Positions 1-12,000 of a DNA stretch of 64,000 bases are shown piece by piece (the first letter of the stretch is position 1; every line of letters begins with the position of its first letter). The notes below the pieces were generated by a model, which saw only the letters and a program-made list of their open reading frames with translations, ran no database searches and was not told the origin of the DNA. The stretch spans positions 31,248,001-31,312,000 of the forward strand of contig JBITNC010000002.1 in NCBI GenBank assembly GCA_050084985.1, given 5' to 3'. The DNA is from Nageia nagi. Lineage: Eukaryota; Plantae; Pinophyta. A program made the position numbers and the translations under genes.

Positions 1-1744
1 AAAGGAGCATTTACATGGAGTAACAAAGCATAAAAGGCATTTGAAAAATTAAAACAAGTAATGACTTCTTGTCCTTTATTAGCTATTCCTGATTTCTTTT
101 TGCCTTTCACAATTGAATGTGATGCATCAGGTGTAGGGAGAAGGATTGTACGAATGCAAAAAGTGCAACCAATTACATTTGAGAGCAAAAAACTCAATCC
201 AATAGGGAGAATGTTCAACATATATGACAAAGAAATGCTTACCATCATGCATGTTTTGTCAAAGTTTAGGTAGTATCTTGTTTGTGGAAAATTTGTAGTG
301 AGGATTGATCATAATAACTTTCATGGCTTTGTATGGTTATGACGCTCCTAACTTTAATGACTTGTTGTTTAGTGACAGTAGAGTGCCCAAAGCTAAGGAT
401 TTTTTGCAAGAGAACCATGATATCATGAGAACATTGAAGGACAACATTTAGCTTACACAAAATCAGTAGAAGTATGTAGATCAACAAAGGATTGAGTGCA
501 AATTTGAAAATGGAGACATGGTTTATTTACATTTGCAGGCATATAAACAATCCACATTGAAAAGGAGTGGAGCAAAAAAGCTAAAACCATGTTTTTATGA
601 TCCCTACAAGGTCCTACACAGGATTGGAGAAGTGGCATATGAGTTAGAGTTTGACAATGTGTTCAATGTTTCTTGCTTGAAAAAAGCCCTTGGACAACAC
701 ATTATACGTTCTCAGGATTTTCCCTCTCTTGATGATGAGGGAAAATTGATATTGATACTTGAAACTATAATGGAGACTAGAGAAAAGAAGTTGAGAAATA
801 GGGTCATCAATGAGTACTTGGTGAAATGGAAAGGTTTGCCAATTGAAGTTGCCACTTTAGAAGGACCTGAGATACTTGCACATCTAACCTTGCATTGCTT
901 GAGGGCAAGCAATTTGGGAGTGGCAAACTTGTAATAACCCCTCTAGTGGACCCCACTCATCTAATGCAATGTTATAAAAAAATCGACCAAGAGGAAGTGG
1001 GACACACCTTTTATGGAGTAGATAAGAGTGCTTTTTATAATAAAAATAATTGTCATAAAACAATAATAATGTTGTCTCAATTTTAGCACCACTCAATGAA
1101 TAATTAGAAGGCAAAAAGGGGACAACCAACTATAAAGAGGGTAAGTGCCCCATTTGGAGATTATCTTGGACATTTTTACATTGTGATTTTGTGGAGCAAA
1201 GGGTTGATCCCTTTTTCATCCTTTTGTGGACAAAAGCCTGCAGAAGAGCCAATCTAAGAGACAAGGGTTGATCCCTTTTCCCTTGGTTGAGAAGATTCAA
1301 GGACGAAAACCTTTGAGTTCTTTGAGAGTGAATCCATCCAGGATTCACACTTGTGTCTACTAAGATTTTATGCATCTAATTTGATGATTTGTAAACCCTA
1401 CTGTGGAGATTTTCAGAGTTCAGCTAGATTATGGCCTTTTTGTGTGTTTTCAAACTTGATCTGCCTCCTAGAGAGGAGCACCCAACTCTAGGCATTTTAC
1501 TTTGTTTTCTTGGAGCAATTTTTATGTACTTTTGAGTGTCATAGATTGTGTTACCACTTTCAAAATATTTTAATAAAATTTGTGGAGATTGATCTGGCCA
1601 TTTTGAGAACTTTTGATCCATTTTCAATATAAATTTCATATCTGAAAAATATTTGAGCAATTCTGATATTTTTTGCAAAATTTTTGAATTCCCTAGCTAA
1701 GGATATTAAATGTTATTAACTGTCCTAAGGTCAAAGGCATTACA
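1..1744 (+). mobile_element. 3' end of a decayed Ty3/gypsy chromovirus (RNase H, integrase C-terminus, chromodomain, 3' LTR)
   Basis: RNase H FTIECDASG...YDKEML. Integrase C-terminus KLKPCFYDPYKV and chromodomain EYLVKWKGLP. Purine tract GGGAGTGG precedes an LTR at 930-1744 (TGTAAT...ATTACA). Stops and frameshifts present. Confidence 0.88.
930..1744 (+). repeat. 3' LTR of chromovirus
   Basis: TGTAAT/ATTACA terminal inverted repeat immediately after pol end and PPT; CTATAAAGAGG TATA-like. Confidence 0.75.
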
Positions 1745-2976
1745 TAAAACGTACTACTACCTCTCTATAAAGATTTAGATCATTTGGTTCACAACACAAT
1801 TTTGAAGGTTCACAGTTATTGATTGTTCTAGATTATAGTTTTAAAGTTGTTTGGCTTTTAATATTTCAGGTGAACTTCATAGTCAAAATTTAACTTACAT
1901 AATAAACAATGGTAAAGGTTAAGGGGGCTCCTCAACATCCCCATTCGTACTATCGTGGCATACCTTCATTGGAGCATAGGCTGCCACATCAGCAAAAAGA
2001 GTGCATTTTGGAGTCCCCTTAGCCTTCGCCAAAAACAATCACTATAACACAAATTTGGGTGGAGCAATGAAGCTGTGGTTGATTAAAGAGCCTATACCCA
2101 GATTCAAATTACAGGTTGTGGGAACACGGTCCAAACATCTTCCTCACAATCAGTGTTGAAACATGTTGGAACCAGCCCCCAAACTTCTTGTTAGCATATG
2201 CAATTACCTTTTGGCCAATTGATTCAATGGATACCATGATGAAAGCTCAATAGGGATTGGTGGATAATATGAGTACCTTTGGACTAATGATTTGATGATT
2301 CAATGCCTGGCCTCAAAATGTGTGATAATTGACCTCAAAATGGAAGATCATATATGATACTTTTTAACTCGTGTAATACCTCAAGAATAGAGGTAAAAGT
2401 TATCATGCACTCATCTATGGGATAGTTGTGAGTCAAAGGCATCAATAAATTACCCCATCAGCTTTATGCAATGTAATGATAGTCTCTTGAAGTTTACAAC
2501 TTTGGTTGTAGGCACAAAGTCGAATATAGTTTGATTCCAAACATCCTATAGAAATGTTTGTGCACATAGTATCTTTCAAAATAAAACTAGAAACTAAAGC
2601 TACTCATCAAGAAATGTACACAACTAACCATATAGGATTTGAAAAATTGAAATTTCAACAATATATGATAAATAAAGGACATATAAAAACGTTTCTTTTC
2701 AATGATACAGAGAACTCATAGATATCTCTAAAATTGAGGACTATCCTTTGAGTTTTTCAACAGTTAACTTTAAATCCTGATCTGAACATACAGGATTAGA
2801 AAATATACAAAGATATCAAGTTCATTGAGAAAAACCCAGAGACATCGAAACTTATCAGTCTGATGACAATTACCATAAAATAAAATGATACTTTGACTAT
2901 ATTATCAGACATCTGAAGCACTGAATCCGTAAATGCCGCAAAAGGTTAAACCATTGGAGCGCTCCATGTTAATAAT

Positions 2977-3087
2977 TTACAAATCAAGACCTTCATCAAG
3001 GCCTCTTGAGTTCATCAATACATTTGAATCAATCTGTTTGTCAAATTTTCTCTTCCTTCTTGATTCAAACTCTTCAAATCCCGCCAT
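2977..3087 (-). CDS. LRR gene exon 9 (terminal, ends TAA)
   Basis: TAAG| acceptor, 111 nt ...FDKQIDSNVLMNSRGLDEGLDL*. Confidence 0.9.
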   Translation of the reverse strand: MAGFEEFESRRKRKFDKQIDSNVLMNSRGLDEGLDL

Positions 3088-6000
3088 CTTATCACAAGTT
3101 CAAAACACACAAATTAAAGGATGAAGTAAATAATCGGAAATGAAACTTTTAGTCATGATATCAAACCATCAGAGTGTAAAAAAAGGCAAGCTTTGACACC
3201 TAGATATCCAGTTCTTTACCTGCTGGAATTGTTCCATGGAGATTGGATTTTCATGAAGCAAGATGCTCTGTAATGATCTGCAGTCGCTAAGCAAATTTTG
3301 TGGAAGCTGTAATTATTAAAAAAAACCAGTTTTGTATAAGAATTCCACCACAGGAAGATGATTAATCTAAATATAGCCAAACCGGTTTGTTCACTGAAAG
3401 ATTGCTGAAGGATTCGGCAATATGGGACAAAAGATTTAGTAACATAATTTTGTGAAGACATATTAAGGGCACCGGTGACAATGATTTCACAATGTACCAA
3501 ACTCAGAATTTTGATGGAATTTTACCAATAGGTTAGTAGTACTTGAAATGTGAACAGCACTGAGAAAGCGGTTTATAATGGATCCTAATATGCACAAAAG
3601 GATTAGTACCTTGAAGTGTGAATTGTGGATTTGAGTTTGTTGTTACTGGAAGTACTTATCATCTCTAGATGATTAGAAGAAGGCATGAATTCAAAATAAA
3701 TTTGTGCACTTGCATAAACATTTTTTGGCATTGATTGTCAAATTTAGTTGCAGTTAAACAAAATTATCCTTGAACAGAATTTATATGGGAAAGCAACTAT
3801 AGAAGTGCAGACTCTCGGAGAAATGAGAATTTAATAATTTATCAACTAGTTCCTTGGATGAAAGAAGCCATTTGAGGGAACACTGACTTGCTTTATATTT
3901 TTATTCAATACTTCCAATCTACCACACTGCTCAGCAGAGCGAGCCTAGGGCAAGGATACTTAATACTTTCTTTGCATAAGAAATAAATAATCCCAATCTG
4001 AACAAAAGCTACTTCAAAAGTAACTGCTTTCACAACATGTTTCTCAGCAAAATCTAGGGTCAACACAAGGACAACGCAAAAAGTTGAGAGATGCACTCGA
4101 TGTGTGCATCATATTTTTGTATTTGGGTCAATGTCTCATCATCAATTAAAACAGTAATATGTTATTTACATGAAATTCAGGGAAGCAATCTGGACAACAT
4201 GCCTGAAATCTTGGGTATTGAATTGGATTATATTCTATGCTTCACAAGGTGCCTTAAAATCACATGAGACAATACAATAAAGCAACATTGATGTTGAAAA
4301 TAATGCATTGACATATACTCGATATCATGTAATAAGTTTATTTTAATTCAGGCAAACTACTTTTATGTCAGTTATATAAAGAGCAGACCAAAGATGAGTA
4401 TGTCTGCTAAAATGGTCATGAGATTACCTGGCTAATATTGTTGTTACTCAATGCGAGAGATTTGATGTTAAGAAGCCTACAGACGGACATTGGAAGATCC
4501 TTAATCGAATTACCTGAAAAGCAAAAAAAAATAAGGCATCAACATATATTTATATATATAAGTGTGTGTGTTGATAAGATTTTCAAAGAAGAATTAATAG
4601 GAAGATAAAAAGAAGATTTTCAAACAACAGTGGTCACATAGAGACATTGAAAATAAACCTCTCAAACTTGTAGAGGGTTATCACAGATTACATCAGCCAA
4701 GATTGCCTCTGAAACATTAGCTAACACTTATTCCAAATCTAGTCAATCACATTCTCATTTGCATTTGTAATCGACTCTGAAAACTTACCCTTAGCATTAA
4801 TTTTCAGCACATTCACCACATAAATATTAAGAGGTCAATCAATTAAGCTCCTAATAAATTAGCCAATGTGGCACATAACTGGATAGAGAATATTATCACA
4901 CTAAAACTTCAAAATACCGTGTCAGGTTTAGGAATTATTTTTAAAGTCCTCTTCTTGACCTTTATATCAATTTGTAACTCCTTTAAGCAATGTCTTTTTA
5001 GTTTTTACAGATTTGAATATGGTTTGCCAATGTGTTGTACTCAACATGCAATCATGAAGTCATGTTAAAACTTGGATTATATGTACAATATTCTGGCTGT
5101 AGACAAAGTACAAACTAATGTTTCATCAACAGAGGCAGGGTCTCTAGATAGAGCATCAACGTATCTTCAGGGATTCAAAGGAGCAATGGACAGAACCAGA
5201 CTACTGATTTCCTTAGTGGAGTTTCTTCGGCCTTGAATATTAGGAGAGACTAGGATTCAGGGTTTAGGGCTGCCTGTGATGTCCCAAAATATTTTAATTT
5301 ATGTTTTATTGTGTTTGTGGGCCTGTAAAGGGTGAGTTAGCGTGTTTTGAGAAGTCATATTGTTAGTATAAGTGTTTAGGGAGTTGGTTATGTATTTAGA
5401 ATAGTTTTGGGACAAGAAAAAAGGTATTAATTAATGTCATTGACTTGGTACATGTTTTTAGCTTGATGGTTGGGATGATAAGGCAGTATTAAATGTCTAG
5501 TATTTGTAACTGCCATTTTGACAAAAGTAACTGTTATAAGGTCAAAGTCTAAGGTATTATTTAATGGTTTCGTAACTACCATAGGAAAGGACTTGTAATT
5601 GTTATGAGGCAAATTTTTGTACTCTCAAGAGGCTTAAATTAAAAGGTCCATGACTATTTAAGAGGAAGAGTTGGTCATTTGGAAAGGGTGAATTTGGAGA
5701 ATTTGGAAAAGCTTTGCTCTTTTGGACTTTTGCATTCTACTGGAGTTTTTTGGGGTTCCAATTGGGGATCAATTCAATCGAGGCTTCAAGGATCAGATCC
5801 TAGAGTTATCTACCCAATTGGATCTGACCAATCCACAATTTGAGGAGCATCATTGAAGCTGAAGTGTAGATCTGCCTATTGGAGGGCAAGTTAGAAGTTT
5901 CTAAATAGAGATCCAACTTTTGGAGGCTATTGGAGTAAGATGTCAGCCTTGAGAGGACTGTTTTGTAGGTTATAAGGGCCAAAACTATCAAGGGAGCCAT

Positions 6001-9000
6001 GTTCATGCTTAGCTTTGGTGATGACAATCCAATATTGGCACAATTTTGGGCATATCAGCCTTTTTCAGCAGGATAGAGGCCTAAGGGTGTTATTTGCTGA
6101 AATAATCAACTGAGGATAACATTGAGAAATCTGTCCAGCAGTCGTCTAGCTTGGAGACAATAATACAATTGTTTGTCCTATTCTTGTGGGGTTTGTTTTG
6201 AGTTTTGAAGGTGTTACAACTGTTTGAACAGCTCTTCGAGGTGTGTCAAGTGATCTGTAGTTGTCTTCCTTACATACAATTGTAATGCATTGTCTCTGTT
6301 ACCTTTCTTTATTGAAAAGACAAAATATAAAAGAAATTAGATTTTGCCCTATGGAATTATTATTGTTTTCTGTGCATTTGTATTTGGTGTGTTTCACTGC
6401 CCCTCCCCTTTGTTTTCGCTAACTGCCCTCTTAGATACCGTTTCAAAGCTTAGTCAAGTTAGGGATTATGGCCTCTCTCTTGTTACTTCTTTCTCTTTTT
6501 GATACACTCCATAGGAGTGGCACTGTATTTGCCTTCGTTTCTTTCCTTTTGTTGAGCCCTTCTACCCTCCCACTTGTTGTTGCGGTGTCAAATTCATAGT
6601 CCCTTGGGTCATTTTTGGTGCACCATGGACATTAATAATATTTCATTTCACAAAATTCTTCATGTTACAACAACTAAAAGTAGAAGCAATTAGGAATCTC
6701 TATGCTCGGAATCAAACATACTCCATCAATTTGGTGATCTGGATCAACAAGGTGAGCATCACTAGCGTCGTTGGAAGTCTATAGGAAGGGTGTTGACATC
6801 GTTCTATCCAAGCATCTGAAGCAAGAAACTGAACGGTTAAGGTCGTTTCAGTTACCCATGTTCATTTTCGAAGTTGCACAATCGGTGGGAGGTAGTTCAA
6901 CATCGGTTGTTGATAGAATTTGGTGACTCCATTAATGATATTCGAAAGGTTAGAGTGTTGCGAAGTGAGAAAAAGGCTTGTAGATTGTTGTATTGCAGTA
7001 CTTACTCATTCTTGCATATTTGTAATGTTATGTTGGCCAATAATTTCAGAGCACCCGTTAAACTAGATGTACTCTTACATTGAGAGGAACCAATATAATG
7101 CAATGGTCACTAAAAATGAGGAAGTTGAGGGTAGTGTAGATTCTGATGATACACTTATATGTGCAACAATCCAAGAAGTTGGAGAAGCAAAGTGCATTGA
7201 GGAGCAAAAAACTCAACTATTCCGTGTCAAGATCCAAATCAAGTGGACAAAGATTGATTCTATAATGGATCCTAGTTTTCAAATGAATCTGATTGTTGAA
7301 AGTTTGGTACAAAAGTTGGGATTAAAGACTAGAAATCATCCTCAGTTGTTAGAAATATTAATATTGTTGTGATAAAGTTGACAAGTATCTCAACTAATAT
7401 TTGTTGTTTAGTGTGGTTGAGTAGGCTAAGGGTGTGTTGCTAAAGTTGTGACAACAACTTGGTGCACTCAAACATTTCCAATATGGTATTAGATGTAATA
7501 AACCAACTTAGCAAACAACTAGAAATTTAGGGTTTTAACAAAATATATTCAAACTTTTCAAACAGAATTCATAATTGCAGATTTATTCAAAAAATGAAAC
7601 CAAAAACCCTAAAACTGATTAGATCTTAGCCACAAAATTTTTATATTTTTTTTTTTTTGAAAATAGAAATGCGAAGTAGAGCAAAAAGGGTATCCAAAAC
7701 AAACTTCAGATTTGCAAAAGAAGTTACCCAAAATTGGACGACCCTCTCTTAGGGATGCTTTCAGATCTTAACATGCATAAAACTGCCAAAATTTGGGCCT
7801 TCCTCATTATGAGATAAATCTGATCAGAATATGCTCAAAACCCTCTTCAAATTCCCCAACTGGTTGATGTAGTAAACTAGGGTTCCAAACCTCAAAATTT
7901 GATGCATAATTGACAATGGAGCACAAAACCTGAATGGATTCTTCTCACAACCTCAAGGCTGATAATACTAGAGGTTGGCCTTCCTCTAGTCCCACTCCTG
8001 TAGCTGGTCTTCTACAAGAGGAATAGGAAATCGCTGCTTCAGCAATCTCCTCCAAGAATTCAAGTTCAATAATCATAAGCATGAGAAACCCAAAATGATG
8101 TGTTTTCCTCTAATATAGATGAATGATCTCTTTTAGGGTTACAAGATTCAACCCCTAAATCCAACGTTCCATTGTGGAGGGTTAATCTCCTCCCTTAGAT
8201 GCCAATGTCCCACTTGGGGAGGACCTGCATAACTTAAAAGATATTTTAGTCGCTGAAATAAATCACTAATGCTAGTGATATATTATAATGCCTAATCTTT
8301 ACTTAAAACACTTCTAAATACTTACTAACTCCTCAAATATACTTTATTAAAAATAAAGGTTGCCTATATATTAATAAAATAGGATGCCCCATTCTATTAG
8401 CCAATATTCCAACAGTAAAATATGTTGGATAAATGAGACTCAAAATTTGGGGACATTAAATCAAAGCAAGGTTTCTTGATCTTGAGGGGTCTAAGAAGAG
8501 AGATTAGTCAGTGAGGTGATCCTCTTGACCGATTATGTGAAGATTTTGATATGAGAAGCTATGTTCTGTAACTATATAGTTTAGGTTTTTTTTTTTTTTT
8601 TTTGTGGTTTATGCATTTGTTGGAGAAGATTCACTATGAGTATCATTGGGATTTGCATCATGTGAGGGCAGTCATATAAAGAATCACATGTTTAGGAGAT
8701 CTCAAACTCACGCAGAGATCTGTTGTACATGCTCACAAATGAGTGAACTTATTTGCTTAACACAACACGTGAAAAATTTTACGCTTACCAAGATTATCAA
8801 CCTTGAATTTGGAGGTTTGCACGTTATATGTAGTAGTATGTTGTTGTGATTGATGTTGGAAGCATTAGTTCATGGAGTGACAGAGTCTTTAAGTGTAATG
8901 TGCCCCATGCATAAGGAGAAGAAAAGTGGTGGAAGCAAGAAGGCCTACAGATAATGTGAAAGGGAGAAACCAGTCGTAGGTAAAGTCTTAGAAATACGTG

Positions 9001-12000
9001 ACCTACGAAGAAATGGAACTACATGTTGAATATAGGAGATCTCTGAAGGAGATTTCACGTGATGGAGAACACAACGCATGGTATTTTGAAACCGCCAAAC
9101 AATAGGGCTGTAGGGGAATCAGTTTGTGGCAGTGTTTATGGCCAACAACCGAGAAATGTTTTAACAATGCAACCAGTGACGATATTAGGGCATGCTCTTC
9201 ATTCAAACCGCCAATTCTTGTATGAATGCCATATCTATGGAACTATCAATTTCATATTCGGTAATGCAGTCGTTGTTATCAAAGAGTCGTATAATAGCAA
9301 GGATGCCCTTGACTAGGCAAAGCAATACCATCGTCGCTCAAGGATGCTCAAATCCCAACCAAAATATGGGATTCTCCTTCCAAAATGTCATCTCGAGATA
9401 TACAATCGTTAGATGGCATGGTACACATGATGGTAAACGGATGATGTCAACATGGATGTCGTAGAAGGTAGTGCCGTAGAAAGTTGAACTGTTGAAACAA
9501 TCAAGCCTTTCCTCATTATGCCAAGTGGCGATTCAAGGATGCATCCATCTTATTATTGGAATATTATGAGTTTATTAGATATATGATATTATTTGTTAGT
9601 GTTAGATATTATATTTAGCATCAATATTATGAGTTTATTAGATATATGATATTATTTGTGAGTAGTTCTGTAAGTCTTTATCTCCTCTTGATGGTTAAAA
9701 ATATTGAAGTTGTTGTCATGAGTTGACATTTGTAAGTATGAATGGACATGTTTGTCCCCATTCATACATGGTGAAGTTTTACAAGCTGCTAGAAGCTTGT
9801 AGTATTTGATGAATGTTTGTAATTGGATGTGTGCGTCCCCAATCATGATGGTTGTAGAAAAATGTGTTTGTCCCTATTTACACCTTGCAATTTGATCATG
9901 GGTAGATGTGTTTGTCCCTATTTACACCTTGCAGTTTGATCATGGGTAGATGTGTTTGTCCCTATCCGTACTTGGATAATCATGTGATGGTAGATACCAA
10001 ACAGTACCACGCATGATGTGATGGTAGTTTCCCAATCAATATCACATGAAGAGTGGAAGAGTGATAGATGCCCAAGTCATTACCACATGAAGAACAAAGA
10101 TGGAAAATGCTCATACATTGCCACACGAGGTTTGAATCTCAATGAACCCATTTTCGCTGACAAAAATAATGTTAATGTAAAGACAAATCTAGAGATTTGT
10201 CATTACGGAGGGGTGTTAGAAATATTGATATTGTTGTAATAAAATTGAAAAGTATCTCAACTAATATTTGTTGTTTAGTGTGGTTGAGTAGGCTAAGAGT
10301 GTGTTGTTAAAGTTGTTACAACAACTTGGTCAAAATTGTCAGTATATTTTTATATTGTATCTTCCTATTTATTTATGAAATACAAAGTGAAAGTGTGTGT
10401 GCGCTCAAACATTTCCAATATCAACCATCTCCGATTCTCCTCTAGATTGGGTTCACAATGATGCCAAATTACAAGTCACTAGGGAATGTAAGTTGAAATT
10501 TGATATTGCACCCAGTTACATTCATGAAGTTGCTTTGGATGTGGTACCTCTTCACATTTGTGGTGTAGTTTTTGGTAATCCTTATTTATGGGACAGAGAG
10601 AAAGAATCGGTATAGATTGATTAAAAATAGGAAGTCCTATACTATTCATGCCCATAAGAGTGCAAAGATGCCTTTGGTTACAACTAGCCTTGTGAAACAG
10701 ATGATAAATATAAGCAAGAAGTTCGTTCTACCCATGGTTAGAGCTGTGGAGGATGGATTAGTGAGATGTACAACGTTGATGCCCTTTTCTTCTGAATCCA
10801 CAACACCCGTGCCGTTGAGTCATGAGGATTAGATGCAAAAACTTGTTTAGGGGTTTCAAAGTGTGTTTGTTGATCTAAGAGAACTACCACCTATGCGAGA
10901 AATTCAACATGAAATTCAACTATTACCTGATTCACCTCTTCCTAACATAGGATTGTATACGCAATCAGTTTTGGAGCAAGAGGAGATAAACGACAAGTTC
11001 AAGAACTAGTTGATCAACGTGTGATCAGACCCAGTACGTCTCCATATGGTTCACATGTTGTCTTGGTGCAAAATAAGAATGGATCTTGGAGAATGTGTAT
11101 TGATTACAAGGCTTTGAATAAGATTACAATCAAAAATCACTATACATTGCCTTGGATCATGGATGATCTTATGTATCAGATGCAAGGGGCAAGGTATTTC
11201 ACCAAGCTAGACCTGAGGAGTGGATATCATCAAGTGAGAATCAAGGAGGAGGACGTATGGAAGACTACCTTCAAGACTAGACAAGGTCTATATGAATGGT
11301 TAGTTTTGCCCTTTGGGTTGTGTAATGCACCTACCACCTTCATGAAGATGATGAATGATGTACCTAGACCATATATTGATTCTTTTGTTGTTATTTACCT
11401 TGATGATATTTTGGTCTATAGTAGTAATTGGGAAGATCATTTGGTACATTTTAGACAAGTGCTTCAAACTTTGCAAAATGAAAACTTGTTGAAAGCAAGC
11501 AAATGTGAGTTTGGTAAGCAATCTTTGGTGTACTTAGGACATGTCATTGGTGGAGAACAACTTAGGATAGATTCTGAAAAGATTAGAGCCATTGTGGAGT
11601 GACCAAAGCCTAGCAATGTGACTGAAATAAGAAGTTATCTACGAGTTGTTCAATAACTTAGAAATTTTATTGTTGATTTTTTCAATATTGCTTCACCTTT
11701 GTTTAACAATTACAGGAGGAAAGAGGCAACGTTTTGTGTGGAAAAGAAGTAACAAAGTTCATTTGATTTGCTAAAGCAAAAGATCAACAATGCACCTATT
11801 TTGACACTCACTAATTTGCAAAAGCCATTTGAAATTGAGACTGATGCTAGTAAGTATGCTATGGGGCAGTTTTCATGCAAGGAAGAAGACTTATTTGCTA
11901 TCATTTTGAGAAGTTCAATGGGCTAGTTTTGAACTATCCTACATATGATAAAGAATTGTATGCATTTGTTCAGGCGGTGAAGAAATGAAAACATTACTTG

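Noticed and set aside
1745-2560. GC-richer stretch downstream of the gene
   Set aside because: No recognisable protein motif or termini in the frames inspected
2855-2912. CTGATGA inside a hairpin in the 3' region (hammerhead/retrozyme?)
   Set aside because: No stem II followed by GAAA and no three-way junction; the same applies to CTGATGA at ~14483 and ~44460
3216-3500. 94-aa minus ORF overlapping exon 8
   Set aside because: Wrong frame; the LRR-like frame bounded by AG/GT is the supported one
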